From assembly GCA_003538775.1 (NCBI GenBank), contig DPRG01000003.1, positions 17,270 to 52,985 on the forward strand: a stretch of 35,716 nucleotides of DNA, in the 5' to 3' direction. The position numbers were made by a program, and so were the translations under genes. Below the pieces are notes generated by a model, which made no database searches, was not told the DNA's origin, and saw only the letters and a program-made list of their open reading frames with translations. The stretch comes from Thermotogota bacterium. GTDB lineage: Bacteria; Thermotogota; Thermotogae; UBA12178. Shown piece by piece: positions 1 to 8,289 of the stretch; the first letter of the stretch is position 1; every line of letters begins with the position of its first letter.

Positions 1-378
1 AACGAATTCCACGATCTTTTCCACGACTTCACTGGGTGCTGCACTGTCCAACGCTACCTTTCGCTCCAAAACCGGAGTGCCAAGTAGATCTGTAACAACA
101 AAATAGAGGTACAGATAGCCTATCTTCACTCCTACAGCCCAGCTGTGTTTTTCATTTATTCCCAGCAATATTGGGCGCCGTCCGCCTCTCGACTTGCCGT
201 GACGATTTTCTTTTATGAGATCTGCCTCAAGAAGCCGGGAGGTAATGTTCGTAACGGCAGCAGTGCTAAGGCCAGTAATCCGACTTATGGTTGTTCGACT
301 GGCTTCTCCAAGTTGTCTTATTGTTCTGAGGACTATCTTCTCATTGTGATCTTTGAGAATATCTTTAGTAAGCTTCAC
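1..378 (-). CDS. ROK-family transcriptional repressor (NagC/XylR type), N-terminal part; runs off the window edge
   Basis: Not in the ORF track. Manual translation from GTG at 378: MKLTKDILKDHNEKIVLRTIRQLGEASRTTISRITGLSTAAVTNITSRLLEADLIKENRHGKSRGGRRPILLGINEKHSWAVGVKIG... This is a winged HTH followed by the GGRRP linker typical of ROK repressors. GGGGG SD-like sequence upstream. Confidence 0.92.
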   Translation of the reverse strand, partial: MKLTKDILKDHNEKIVLRTIRQLGEASRTTISRITGLSTAAVTNITSRLLEADLIKENRHGKSRGGRRPILLGINEKHSWAVGVKIGYLYLYFVVTDLLGTPVLERKVALDSAAPSEVVEKIVEFV

Positions 379-404
379 TATAAAAGCCCCCTACATCCAT
401 CTTT

Positions 405-423
405 CTTTATTCAGTGAAAAAAG
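405..423. promoter_or_regulatory. Putative ROK operator (autoregulation)
   Basis: Imperfect AT-rich palindrome CTTTATTCA-G-TGAAAAAAG (one mismatch) between the -10 box and the start codon of the ROK gene. Confidence 0.55.
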
Positions 424-433
424 TATCATTAGA

Positions 434-462
434 ATAATATCATGAAGAATAAAGGATGTCAA
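434..462 (-). promoter_or_regulatory. Sigma70-type promoter of the ROK gene
   Basis: Minus strand TTGACA (462-457), 17 nt spacer, TATTAT (439-434), with an extended -10 TG. Confidence 0.75.
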
Positions 463-689
463 GCAACAGAGGAGTGCGTTCGAAAAATCAGAATTCATTT
501 GCTGTCCTGGTGCTATGAAGGCTTTCAAAGTGCTTCGGACAACCCCCGAAATAGGAAAGCTCTTCTGATCATTGCAAACAAAAATATTACTTTCACCCCC
601 TTTATCTTGTCGTTATGTGAGCATCAATGCTGAAAACTGAAAAACAATCCTCCCTGAAAAACTGGGGGTAGATCAGGACTCAAACAATC

Positions 690-718
690 TTTACAAACCA
701 CGGTTTTTATGGTAAAAT
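690..718 (+). promoter_or_regulatory. Sigma70-type promoter of the radical SAM-TetR operon
   Basis: TTTACA (690-695), 17 nt spacer, TAAAAT (713-718), with an extended -10 TG. Confidence 0.7.
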
Positions 719-737
719 TTACCGAACGGTCAGTAAA
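718..737. promoter_or_regulatory. Putative TetR operator
   Basis: TTTACCGAACGGTCAGTAAA matches its reverse complement at 16/20 positions and lies over the expected transcription start. A TetR gene is in the same operon. Confidence 0.6.
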
Positions 738-760
738 ATATGCGAGCAGGAGGTGTATTT

Positions 761-2209
761 ATGGGTCCAGTAAAGAGTTTGAAAACCATGATGATGCATC
801 AAGCTGGCAAATTCGTCGCCAAAATCGTGAAAAACGCCGATGAGGATAGTCTGGCTAATCTCTTCCGTACTCTATCGGTTCTTTCCAAAGAGCCGGTAAA
901 GAGCGCCTTTAAAAAATTCGCCAACATGGCTGAAGAAAGGCATCCCATGATCGTTTCCTGGGCGCGCATATTCCGAATGGCCAGCCCTAAAACCGTCGAA
1001 AAGATCATCAACAACCTGATAATCAACGAATACGCCATCGGAGAAAAGGTGCGCCAGGAACTAATGCATGAGTATGAGGTTGTGATCCCCAAATTGGTGG
1101 TCATCAGTCCCACCTACGCCTGCAACCTGAACTGCGTGGGATGTTACGCGGGTCTTTACGGGAGAAAGTACCAGCTGACCAAAGACGAGATGGCCAGCAT
1201 TATCAAACAGGCCAACGATCTTGGTATCTACTTCTTCGTTATCACCGGCGGTGAACCCTTCGTATGGCCCCACATGATGGAGATATTTGAGGAATTCAAC
1301 GACAGCTTCTTCCTTGTTTACACCAACGGTACGCTCATAAACGAAGAGAAGGCTAAAAAACTCGCTGAACTTGGTAACGCTACACTTGCCATTTCAGTCG
1401 AGGGCTTCGAAAATGAGACCGACTGGAGAAGAGGAAGAGGAGTTTGGGAGAAAATACAAAACACCTGGAAGCTGCTAAGAAAACATGGCGTGATCTTCGG
1501 CGCTTCTGTGACAGCCACCAGAATGAACCACGATGTTCTCATGAAGGACGAATTCTGGGACTTTCTCTACGATCAGGGAGTTAACTACGTATGGGTTTAC
1601 CAGTTCATGCCTGTGGGAATGAACCCTTCCATGGACCTTGTGCCCACTCCTCAACAGCGTTACGAGCGATTCTTCAAAACTGAAGAAATGAGGCTTGGCG
1701 GTAAGTTCGCCTTTGTAGCTGACTTCTGGAACCATGGATTCCTTACAAACGGCTGTCTGGCCGCGGGTGCGAAGTATCTACACATCAACGCCAAGGGTTA
1801 TGCCGAACCGTGTGTTTTCCAGCAGTTTGCCGTGGACAACATCAGAGACAAAACTCTTCTTGAGATACTCAAATCGCCATTCTTCACAGCCTATAAGAGA
1901 ATGGTTCCATATTCCAACAATCTGTTCAGACCATGTCCTATAATCGACAACCCCAAGGTTTTCCGGGCGATGGTCAAAAAGTTCAACGCCATTCCTCAGC
2001 ACCCGGGTTCCGAAAGAACGATCACCGAACTCGCGCCAGAGCTGGACAAACTTGCGAAAGAGTGGAAGGAATACGCTGACAAACTCTGGTACGAGCTTGG
2101 TTATTCAGAGAAATACTTCGCCAAAAGGGGTGTATACGACTACCAGGTACGTATCAAGCGTTACGCTAACGATGAAGACAAGCTCGCCATAGACAAGAAA
2201 GCTCAGTGA
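761..2209 (+). CDS. Radical SAM protein with a C-terminal SPASM/twitch-like region; membrane-spanning lipid synthase (Mss)-like family
   Basis: CxxxCxxC (CNLNCVGC), GGEP and TNGTLI motifs, plus C-terminal Cys in GCLAAG, EPCVF and RPCP. Start moved to ATG 761 because AGGAGGT lies at 748-754. The Mss resemblance is from recalled family motifs only. Confidence 0.85.
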   Translation: MGPVKSLKTMMMHQAGKFVAKIVKNADEDSLANLFRTLSVLSKEPVKSAFKKFANMAEERHPMIVSWARIFRMASPKTVEKIINNLIINEYAIGEKVRQELMHEYEVVIPKLVVISPTYACNLNCVGCYAGLYGRKYQLTKDEMASIIKQANDLGIYFFVITGGEPFVWPHMMEIFEEFNDSFFLVYTNGTLINEEKAKKLAELGNATLAISVEGFENETDWRRGRGVWEKIQNTWKLLRKHGVIFGASVTATRMNHDVLMKDEFWDFLYDQGVNYVWVYQFMPVGMNPSMDLVPTPQQRYERFFKTEEMRLGGKFAFVADFWNHGFLTNGCLAAGAKYLHINAKGYAEPCVFQQFAVDNIRDKTLLEILKSPFFTAYKRMVPYSNNLFRPCPIIDNPKVFRAMVKKFNAIPQHPGSERTITELAPELDKLAKEWKEYADKLWYELGYSEKYFAKRGVYDYQVRIKRYANDEDKLAIDKKAQ

Positions 2210-2233
2210 ATCTCACAGTGGGTGTGATGCGCG

Positions 2234-2794
2234 TTGCAAAGAAAGTCGAAGACACGCGAGAGAATACTTTTAGCGGCTAAAAAGCTCTTTTCAATCAAAG
2301 GCTTCGATGGCGTTAGTATGGAAGAAATCGCCAACGAAGCTGGTGTTAAAAAAGCTCTGATATATTATTACTTCCCCAGCAAGGAAGACCTTTTCTTTGA
2401 AGTATGGCAGCGAAGCATCGACGAAATGGAGCACGCTGTTCTTAAACCCATACAGAACGAAGGTCCGTTTATGGCAAAGCTCAAAAAACTCCTGAGATCG
2501 TATATCGATTTCGTTCGAAGCAGACGTGAAACACTCCAGTTGATAGAAAGAGAACGAATCAATATAGAAAGCAGACAATCGACCCTCTGGGAGAAGCTTG
2601 GAGAACGCTATAGCGAGTTCGTCGAACGTATAGCACAGCTGGTCAAAGAAGGAAAACTCGCAGCCGAACTCGCTTCAGATCTGGATGAAACCGTCACCGC
2701 TCAGTTCATAGTGGGGAGTTTATCGAGCGTCGACAAAAACCAGCTTGAAGAAGTCGCGAACCTCATATTGAAAAGCCTGACGAAAAAAGAATAA
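2234..2794 (+). CDS. TetR/AcrR-family transcriptional regulator
   Basis: N-terminal HTH RERILLAAKKLFSIKGFDGVSMEEIANEAGVKKALIYYYFPSKEDL. Confidence 0.95.
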   Translation: MQRKSKTRERILLAAKKLFSIKGFDGVSMEEIANEAGVKKALIYYYFPSKEDLFFEVWQRSIDEMEHAVLKPIQNEGPFMAKLKKLLRSYIDFVRSRRETLQLIERERINIESRQSTLWEKLGERYSEFVERIAQLVKEGKLAAELASDLDETVTAQFIVGSLSSVDKNQLEEVANLILKSLTKKE

Positions 2795-2802
2795 AAAACG
2801 AC

Positions 2803-2845
2803 AAAAACAAAAGGCGCCTCAGTCAAAGAGGCGTCTTTTGTTTTT
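2803..2845. terminator. Bidirectional intrinsic terminator
   Basis: AAAAACAAAAGGCGCCTC-agtcaaa-GAGGCGTCTTTTGTTTTT between convergent genes, with A/T tracts on both sides. Confidence 0.9.
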
Positions 2846-3659
2846 ACTCTTTTAATGCTCCCATTGTGAGGCCTTTTACTATGTATTTGTGGATGAAAAC
2901 CGTGAGAACAAGCACCGGCAACGCTATCAAAGTGGCCGCTGCCATCAATCCACCCCAGTTGATCATTTCGTACGACATGAAATTGAACACGGCCACCGGC
3001 ACGGTCTTGGTTTTCGGCCCGGAAAGAATAAGAGAAAAGAGAAACTGATTCCATGAAAATATGAAAGAAAGGATCGCCGATGTTATCAATCCATTAATAG
3101 CCATTGGTAAAGATACCAGAAGGAATACCTGCAGCGATCCCGCACCGTCTATACGAGCCGCCTCTTCCAAATCTAATGGTACTTCGTCGAAAAAAGAAGA
3201 CATGAGCAGTATAACTAAAGGCATGTTGATTATGATATGCGAAAGTGTGAGTCCAAGATAAGTATCCACTAAACCAAGGCGTTTGAATAAAATGTACCAT
3301 GGAATCAAATAACTCACAAAAGGTATCATCCTTGAAAAGGTGAGGGTAAAAACCATCCTGTTCATTTTGAAACGTGATATAGAATAAGCCGCAGGGACAC
3401 CGAAGAGTAAACTCAAACCTGTTGATCCAGCGGCTATTATGAGACTGTTAAGCATGTATTTTAAGAAATTTTGCTGCTTGAAGACGGCAATGTAGTTTTC
3501 TATCGTTGGCTTGAAAAAGAACAGAGGGGGATATGCCAAATTCTGGACCTGGTTTTTAAAAGAAGCCAGGACCATCCAGTAGAAAACGAAAACTGTTGGC
3601 AGGAGGATTACCACCAGGCCTAAGTAAAATAGGACTTTTCTCATAACTTTTGCGCTCAT
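2844..3659 (-). CDS. Carbohydrate ABC transporter permease (MalG-like)
   Basis: EAA loop LEEAARIDGA, SWNQFLF motif, multiple hydrophobic segments. Confidence 0.93.
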   Translation of the reverse strand: MSAKVMRKVLFYLGLVVILLPTVFVFYWMVLASFKNQVQNLAYPPLFFFKPTIENYIAVFKQQNFLKYMLNSLIIAAGSTGLSLLFGVPAAYSISRFKMNRMVFTLTFSRMIPFVSYLIPWYILFKRLGLVDTYLGLTLSHIIINMPLVILLMSSFFDEVPLDLEEAARIDGAGSLQVFLLVSLPMAINGLITSAILSFIFSWNQFLFSLILSGPKTKTVPVAVFNFMSYEMINWGGLMAAATLIALPVLVLTVFIHKYIVKGLTMGALKE

Positions 3660-4513
3660 GTGTTACTCCCCCTGAACTGGTAAAGGATCAAGTTAACACC
3701 GATAACTATGGCAAAGAGGATCACCATCAACGAACTCGCGTAGCCCATGTTGAAGTACCTGAAAGCGTTGTTGAAAGCATAGATGTTGAGATTCTCAGAA
3801 GCGTATCCGGGTCCGCCTTGCGTCATTACGTAAATGATATCGAATGTTTTTATACAATCCCACGATCTTATCATCGTCGCCGCAATAAGAGTGGGTTTCA
3901 TCATAGGCAAAATGATATGGAATAAGGTTTGCGAACGACTCGCACCATCTATTTTCGCCGCTTCGATTATAGAAGCAGATATACTCTCCAAACCCGCAAG
4001 GCTTATCAAAGTTACCAGTGGAGTCCACTCCCATACGTCCACTATGACCAGAGCTGGTATAACGATCTTTGGATTGCTCAACCAGAGCACATTTTTTATG
4101 CCGAAAAACGATAGAAAATAGTTGATCACCCCTAAAGTTGGGTCATACATGATACGCCATACCAGGGCAATAGCCACAGGAGTGGCAGTAAACGGGAAAA
4201 CCAGAAGCGCTTTCACCAGATTCTTCCCTTTATACTCCCTGTTTATGTAGACCGCCATTAGAAAGCCTATTACCACTTCCAATGCCAAAGCCAGCAGAGT
4301 GAAGTAAGCCGTGACATACAGTGAGTTTATGAATCGAGAATCCTTGAACGCCCCCACATAATTGGAGAGCCCCACAAATATCGGAGGCTTTTTGGGATTA
4401 CCAAACCACGTATGAAAACTCAGGTAAAGATTGTAGAAAATAGGAAAGATTATCAAAAGAAGTATGAGAATGAGCGCAGGAGATAGAAATGCCCATTTCA
4501 ACTTTTTCGACAT
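3656..4513 (-). CDS. Carbohydrate ABC transporter permease (MalF-like)
   Basis: EAAKIDGAS, FVGLSNY, FDIIYVMTQGGPG; ATGA overlap with the next permease. Confidence 0.93.
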   Translation of the reverse strand: MSKKLKWAFLSPALILILLLIIFPIFYNLYLSFHTWFGNPKKPPIFVGLSNYVGAFKDSRFINSLYVTAYFTLLALALEVVIGFLMAVYINREYKGKNLVKALLVFPFTATPVAIALVWRIMYDPTLGVINYFLSFFGIKNVLWLSNPKIVIPALVIVDVWEWTPLVTLISLAGLESISASIIEAAKIDGASRSQTLFHIILPMMKPTLIAATMIRSWDCIKTFDIIYVMTQGGPGYASENLNIYAFNNAFRYFNMGYASSLMVILFAIVIGVNLILYQFRGSNT

Positions 4514-4532
4514 TATACATCCTCCCTACCTT

Positions 4533-4565
4533 AAAAAACCGTGGGAGGAATGTTCCCTCCCACGG
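4533..4565 (-). terminator. Intercistronic hairpin with U-tract after the binding-protein gene (partial terminator or mRNA stabiliser)
   Basis: Minus strand CCGTGGGAGG-gaacatt-CCTCCCACGG followed by TTTTTT. Confidence 0.75.
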
Positions 4566-4588
4566 CTATGAAATGAAAAATCTTCCAA

Positions 4589-5896
4589 TCAGTACATCAG
4601 TCTTTCCCTTTCCAGCAAAGCATTCAACTGTGGCAAGGTACTCTCAACCGCTTTTTTAACATCCTGACCAAGAATAGCGGGAACGATTATACCGTTTCCA
4701 ATGAGGTCTCTCGCTTCAGGAACGTTTATAACAGGAGGATTCCAGATAGGGTTACCAACAGCGTAGCTTTCCATAGTAGCTTTTGTCCAGTCAGGATTCT
4801 TATCAGTTGCTTTGTATTTCTCTGACTCCCATGCGCTTCTTCTGGGCGCAGGAATACCCCTCATAAGTCCCTCAAGAACCATTTCCTTCGAGGTAGCCCA
4901 CTGTACAAACAACCAGGCGGCTTTGGGATGCTTCGAACCGGAGTATATAGCCAGAGCCCACTGGGATACGTGAGGTTTAATATAGCCACCAGGTCCTTTC
5001 GGTATGGTCGCATATCCAACCTTGCCCGCGACTTTCGATTTAGAAGGATCTTCGTATAGCGATTTGAAAACGTTGGCATCGTAGATCATCGCCGCTTTGC
5101 CCTGCATGAAGTAAGATGTGCTTTCGTACCAGTGAATGTTAGTACCACCTGGAGGACCATATTCCCTTAACAACTTGGCGTAAAATTCGAAAGCCTGAAT
5201 GGCAGCAGGTTCGTCAAGAGCCCATTCGCCCATCTCGTTCATCCATCTTCCACCGAAGGTGTAAAGGAAGTCAACAAACTGAGAAGTAGCCGCGGCACCT
5301 TTACCCCTTAGAGTGATACCGTAAATGTCAGCTTTACCGTCTCCGTCCTCGTCGATCGTCAATTTCTTCGCAGCTTCTTCAAGTTCTTCCATTGTGGTCG
5401 GCACCTTGACGCCGTATTTTTCAAACAGATCCTTTCTGTATGCAAGCAAAGAAGTCTCCGATTGAATGGGTATACAATACTGCTTGCCTTCGAAGTTACC
5501 ACCCGAAAGCACACCAGCGAAGAAGTCGTTGTAATCCCAGGAAGGATCCGTAAGCGTCGGATCGTTGATGAAGTCATCCACAGGATAAAGCCATCCTTCC
5601 AGGTAGTACTGCTTCCCTGATTGTCCGGGCATTATCATGAAAAGATCGACATCTCCAACACCAGATGATAGTTCAACCGTTCGCTTGGTCCTGAACTGAT
5701 CTTCCGGGAAAATCTCCATGATAACCCTCATACCTGTCAAACTCTCGAACTCCGTGATCTTCTCCTGAATCAAGTTGGTCCATGGATGCCTGTTAGCGAG
5801 AATTCGGAGTGTGGTACCCTCAAACTGCTTCCAGTTAATGGAAAAAGCCAGAGAGACTAACAAGAGAGCCACTACCACAACCGCGAGCTTTTTCAT
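4589..5896 (-). CDS. Sugar/polyol ABC transporter substrate-binding protein (family 1)
   Basis: Signal peptide MKKLAVVVVALLLVSLAFS, YRKDLF, PTTMEEL, GKAAM and AAWLFVQWATS motifs. Start at 5896 follows the SD GGGAGGTG. Confidence 0.93.
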   Translation of the reverse strand: MKKLAVVVVALLLVSLAFSINWKQFEGTTLRILANRHPWTNLIQEKITEFESLTGMRVIMEIFPEDQFRTKRTVELSSGVGDVDLFMIMPGQSGKQYYLEGWLYPVDDFINDPTLTDPSWDYNDFFAGVLSGGNFEGKQYCIPIQSETSLLAYRKDLFEKYGVKVPTTMEELEEAAKKLTIDEDGDGKADIYGITLRGKGAAATSQFVDFLYTFGGRWMNEMGEWALDEPAAIQAFEFYAKLLREYGPPGGTNIHWYESTSYFMQGKAAMIYDANVFKSLYEDPSKSKVAGKVGYATIPKGPGGYIKPHVSQWALAIYSGSKHPKAAWLFVQWATSKEMVLEGLMRGIPAPRRSAWESEKYKATDKNPDWTKATMESYAVGNPIWNPPVINVPEARDLIGNGIIVPAILGQDVKKAVESTLPQLNALLERERLMY

Positions 5897-6052
5897 AGAA
5901 ACACCTCCCATTGAAAAATTTTAGTATACCTACTACAGGTAAATTATATTACTCACAATGTCGAATCATCCATTAAAAAAAGGTTGATTGTCTAACTCTT
6001 GTGTTTTACCACAATAGAAGGCAAAAGTAAATCCATCACGATATTCATGTCA

Positions 6053-7033
6053 TCAAGGCAATTCAATGTGTATGTCAGGTTTGGCTGTTTCCACCTGTCC
6101 GGCACCAGCACCTTCCTTTCTTACTCTCTCGCCCTTACGATAAACCCTGTGACCACCGAACTCCTTCCGCAATGCCGCAATCACCTTATTTGAGAAAACA
6201 TCTTCCTGCCTGGATTCAAAGCGCTTGAAAAGAGCATGGGCAATGCCCGTCACAGAGACTCCAAGATCCACTGCTTCCTTCACCATCCAGCGGGCCTCAC
6301 CGGAATCTTCCACGTATCCCTGAATACCTTCAAGCTCAGGATCCTTTGCAAAAGCGCTTTCCAAAAGCTCCAGTAACCACGATCGAATAACACTTCCGTT
6401 GTTCCAAAGGTGAGCTACGTCCTCGAGAGTAAAGTAATTACTGTAGGAAGAAGCCTTCAAAACCTCAAAACCCTCGGCATAGGCTTCCATTATCCCGTAC
6501 ATGACAGCGTTGTGAACCATCTTAACAAAGTGTCCGGCACCACAAGGACCACAATGAAGATAACCCCCTTCTGGTGCAAGAGCCTTTAAAAGTGGTTCAA
6601 TATAGTCAAAATCTTCTTTTTCTCCCCCTACCATCAGGTTGTAACCAAACTTAAATCCCCAAACGCCACCGGAAACGCCTACATCCATATAATGGATCCC
6701 CTTAACATTGAGTTCTTCTTTCCTACGAATATCGTTTCTGTAATGATCGTTGGCTCCGTTGATAAGAACATCTCCAGGCTCGAGAAATCCGCTGAGCTTC
6801 TTTATGGTATCTTCTGTGGGGTCACCAAAGGGGAGCATCAACCACACAATCCTTGGAGATGCGAGCTTATCTATAAGCTCTTCCACACTTCCAACTCCTA
6901 TAGCTCCTTCTTTCTTTATTTCCTCTGTTTTCTTTAAATCGCTATCATAGCAAACCACTTCGTGGCCATGCTTTATTAACCTTTTAGCCATATTCATTCC
7001 CATCCGGCCAAGGCCGATTAAACCTAACTTCAT
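6053..7033 (-). CDS. gnd: 6-phosphogluconate dehydrogenase, decarboxylating (short YqeC/GntZ type)
   Basis: GLIGLGRMG Rossmann motif, DVGVSGGVWG, GAGHFVKMVHN, DSGEARW, ALRKEFGGH. Start at 7033 follows the SD GAGGAGG. Confidence 0.93.
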   Translation of the reverse strand: MKLGLIGLGRMGMNMAKRLIKHGHEVVCYDSDLKKTEEIKKEGAIGVGSVEELIDKLASPRIVWLMLPFGDPTEDTIKKLSGFLEPGDVLINGANDHYRNDIRRKEELNVKGIHYMDVGVSGGVWGFKFGYNLMVGGEKEDFDYIEPLLKALAPEGGYLHCGPCGAGHFVKMVHNAVMYGIMEAYAEGFEVLKASSYSNYFTLEDVAHLWNNGSVIRSWLLELLESAFAKDPELEGIQGYVEDSGEARWMVKEAVDLGVSVTGIAHALFKRFESRQEDVFSNKVIAALRKEFGGHRVYRKGERVRKEGAGAGQVETAKPDIHIELP

Positions 7034-7073
7034 TTTTAAACCTCCTCGAGTGATTTGAAAGAAATATCGGATT

Positions 7074-7106
7074 GTCACATATGTGCATTATATGATCATA
7101 TGTTAT
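7074..7106. promoter_or_regulatory. Two tandem putative SorC-family operator boxes at the gnd promoter
   Basis: GTCACATATGTGCA (7074-7087) and TGATCATATGTTAT (7093-7106), both with a CATATG core, directly downstream of the gnd -10 box. Confidence 0.6.
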
Positions 7107-7133
7107 AATACCAGAAAACGAAACAAAAGTCAA
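7105..7133 (-). promoter_or_regulatory. Sigma70-type promoter of gnd (and possibly the ABC genes)
   Basis: TTGACT (7133-7128), 17 nt spacer, TATTAT (7110-7105), with an extended -10 TG. Confidence 0.7.
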
Positions 7134-7192
7134 AGATTAAAAGCTTAAACTTTGTATTTTAGCAACTACAATTTGCAATACAATCTATTGAT

Positions 7193-7251
7193 CTGGCAAA
7201 TGTACTTTTTGAGTTTGGAAATCATTGGGTCTATATTTGCACATTTGTTCG
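7193..7251 (+). promoter_or_regulatory. Promoter of the dehydrogenase operon flanked by operator boxes
   Basis: TTGAGT (7209-7214), 17 nt spacer, TATATT (7232-7237). Box TGCACATTTGTTCG at 7238-7251 and a weaker box CTGGCAAATGTACT at 7193-7206. Confidence 0.6.
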
Positions 7252-7317
7252 ACATAAAAAACATAACTTTACAGGTCAAAGATGGAAAAACCAAATCAAA
7301 AGGAGGTGCTCTTTTCG

Positions 7318-8277
7318 GTGAAACATCTTAAAACTCCGGAATCTTTACTTTTTTACATGATGTTGATAAGAGAGTTCGAGTTGAAAATCGCGGAAATGTT
7401 TGCCTACGGCAAACTCGCAGGTACCATGTTCCATCTGTCGGTGGGACAGGAAGCCACATCTGTTGGAACAATCGCTGCTCTGGAAGAGGGAGATTTTATC
7501 AGCAGTCATCACAGAGGTCACGGCCACATGATCGCTCTGGGGGCGGATATAAAGTTGATGATGGCCGAAATGTTTGGGAAACGAACAGGTTACTGCAAAG
7601 GAAAAGGTGGATCGATGCACATCGCCGACATCGAGCTGGGCAACCTTGGAGCCAACGGTATCGTTGGCGCAGGAATACCCATAGCAACAGGTGCCGCCTA
7701 CGCCGTAAGGTACAGAGGAGGCAAACAGGTAGTGTTATGCCCATTCGGTGATGGAGCGGTTAACGAAGGAGTGTTTCATGAATCTCTTAACTTTGCCGCG
7801 CTTCACAAATTACCAATAGTTTATGTTATAGAGAACAATCAGTACGCAATGTCCACCTCTGTGACAAAATCCACCTCTATCACCGATCTTTACAAACGCG
7901 CCTGTGCTTACGGTATATCCGGAGAATTTGTAGATGGTATGGACGTGGAAGCTGTATTGGAAACCACCAAAAAAGCAGTGGAACGAGCTCGAAGGGGAGA
8001 GGGACCGACTCTCATTGAATCGCGAACTTATCGCTATTACGGCCATTCCCGAAGCGATCCTGCTCCCTACAGAACCAAAGAAGAGGAAGAAGAATGGAAA
8101 CAAAGGGATCCCATAAAGCAGTATCAAAGAAAACTCATAGAAAGAGGTATCATAACCGAAAACGACGTGAAGAAGATGGGAGAGGAGATTCAGAAAATTC
8201 TCGACGAGGCTGTTAAATTCGCGGATGAGAGTCCTTATCCCGAACCGTCAGAAATTTTCGAAGACATCTATGCATAA
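7318..8277 (+). CDS. TPP-dependent dehydrogenase E1 alpha subunit (AcoA/PdhA family)
   Basis: HLSVGQEA, HRGHGH, GKGGSMH, the TPP-binding motif GDGA...ENN and TYRYYGHS. GTG 7318 follows AGGAGG at 7301-7306; ATG 7282 is the alternative start. Confidence 0.93.
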   Translation: MKHLKTPESLLFYMMLIREFELKIAEMFAYGKLAGTMFHLSVGQEATSVGTIAALEEGDFISSHHRGHGHMIALGADIKLMMAEMFGKRTGYCKGKGGSMHIADIELGNLGANGIVGAGIPIATGAAYAVRYRGGKQVVLCPFGDGAVNEGVFHESLNFAALHKLPIVYVIENNQYAMSTSVTKSTSITDLYKRACAYGISGEFVDGMDVEAVLETTKKAVERARRGEGPTLIESRTYRYYGHSRSDPAPYRTKEEEEEWKQRDPIKQYQRKLIERGIITENDVKKMGEEIQKILDEAVKFADESPYPEPSEIFEDIYA

Positions 8278-8289
8278 GGGGGAATCGAA

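Noticed and set aside
145-633. ORFs 145..417 and 442..633 (+)
   Set aside because: They are antisense to the ROK gene or lie over its promoter, and have no SD or recognisable motifs.
5897-6052. Separate promoter, operator or terminator upstream of the SBP gene
   Set aside because: TATAAT and TATACT hexamers lack a properly spaced -35, the TCACAATGTCG box is a poor match, and the hairpin before the U-tract is weak.
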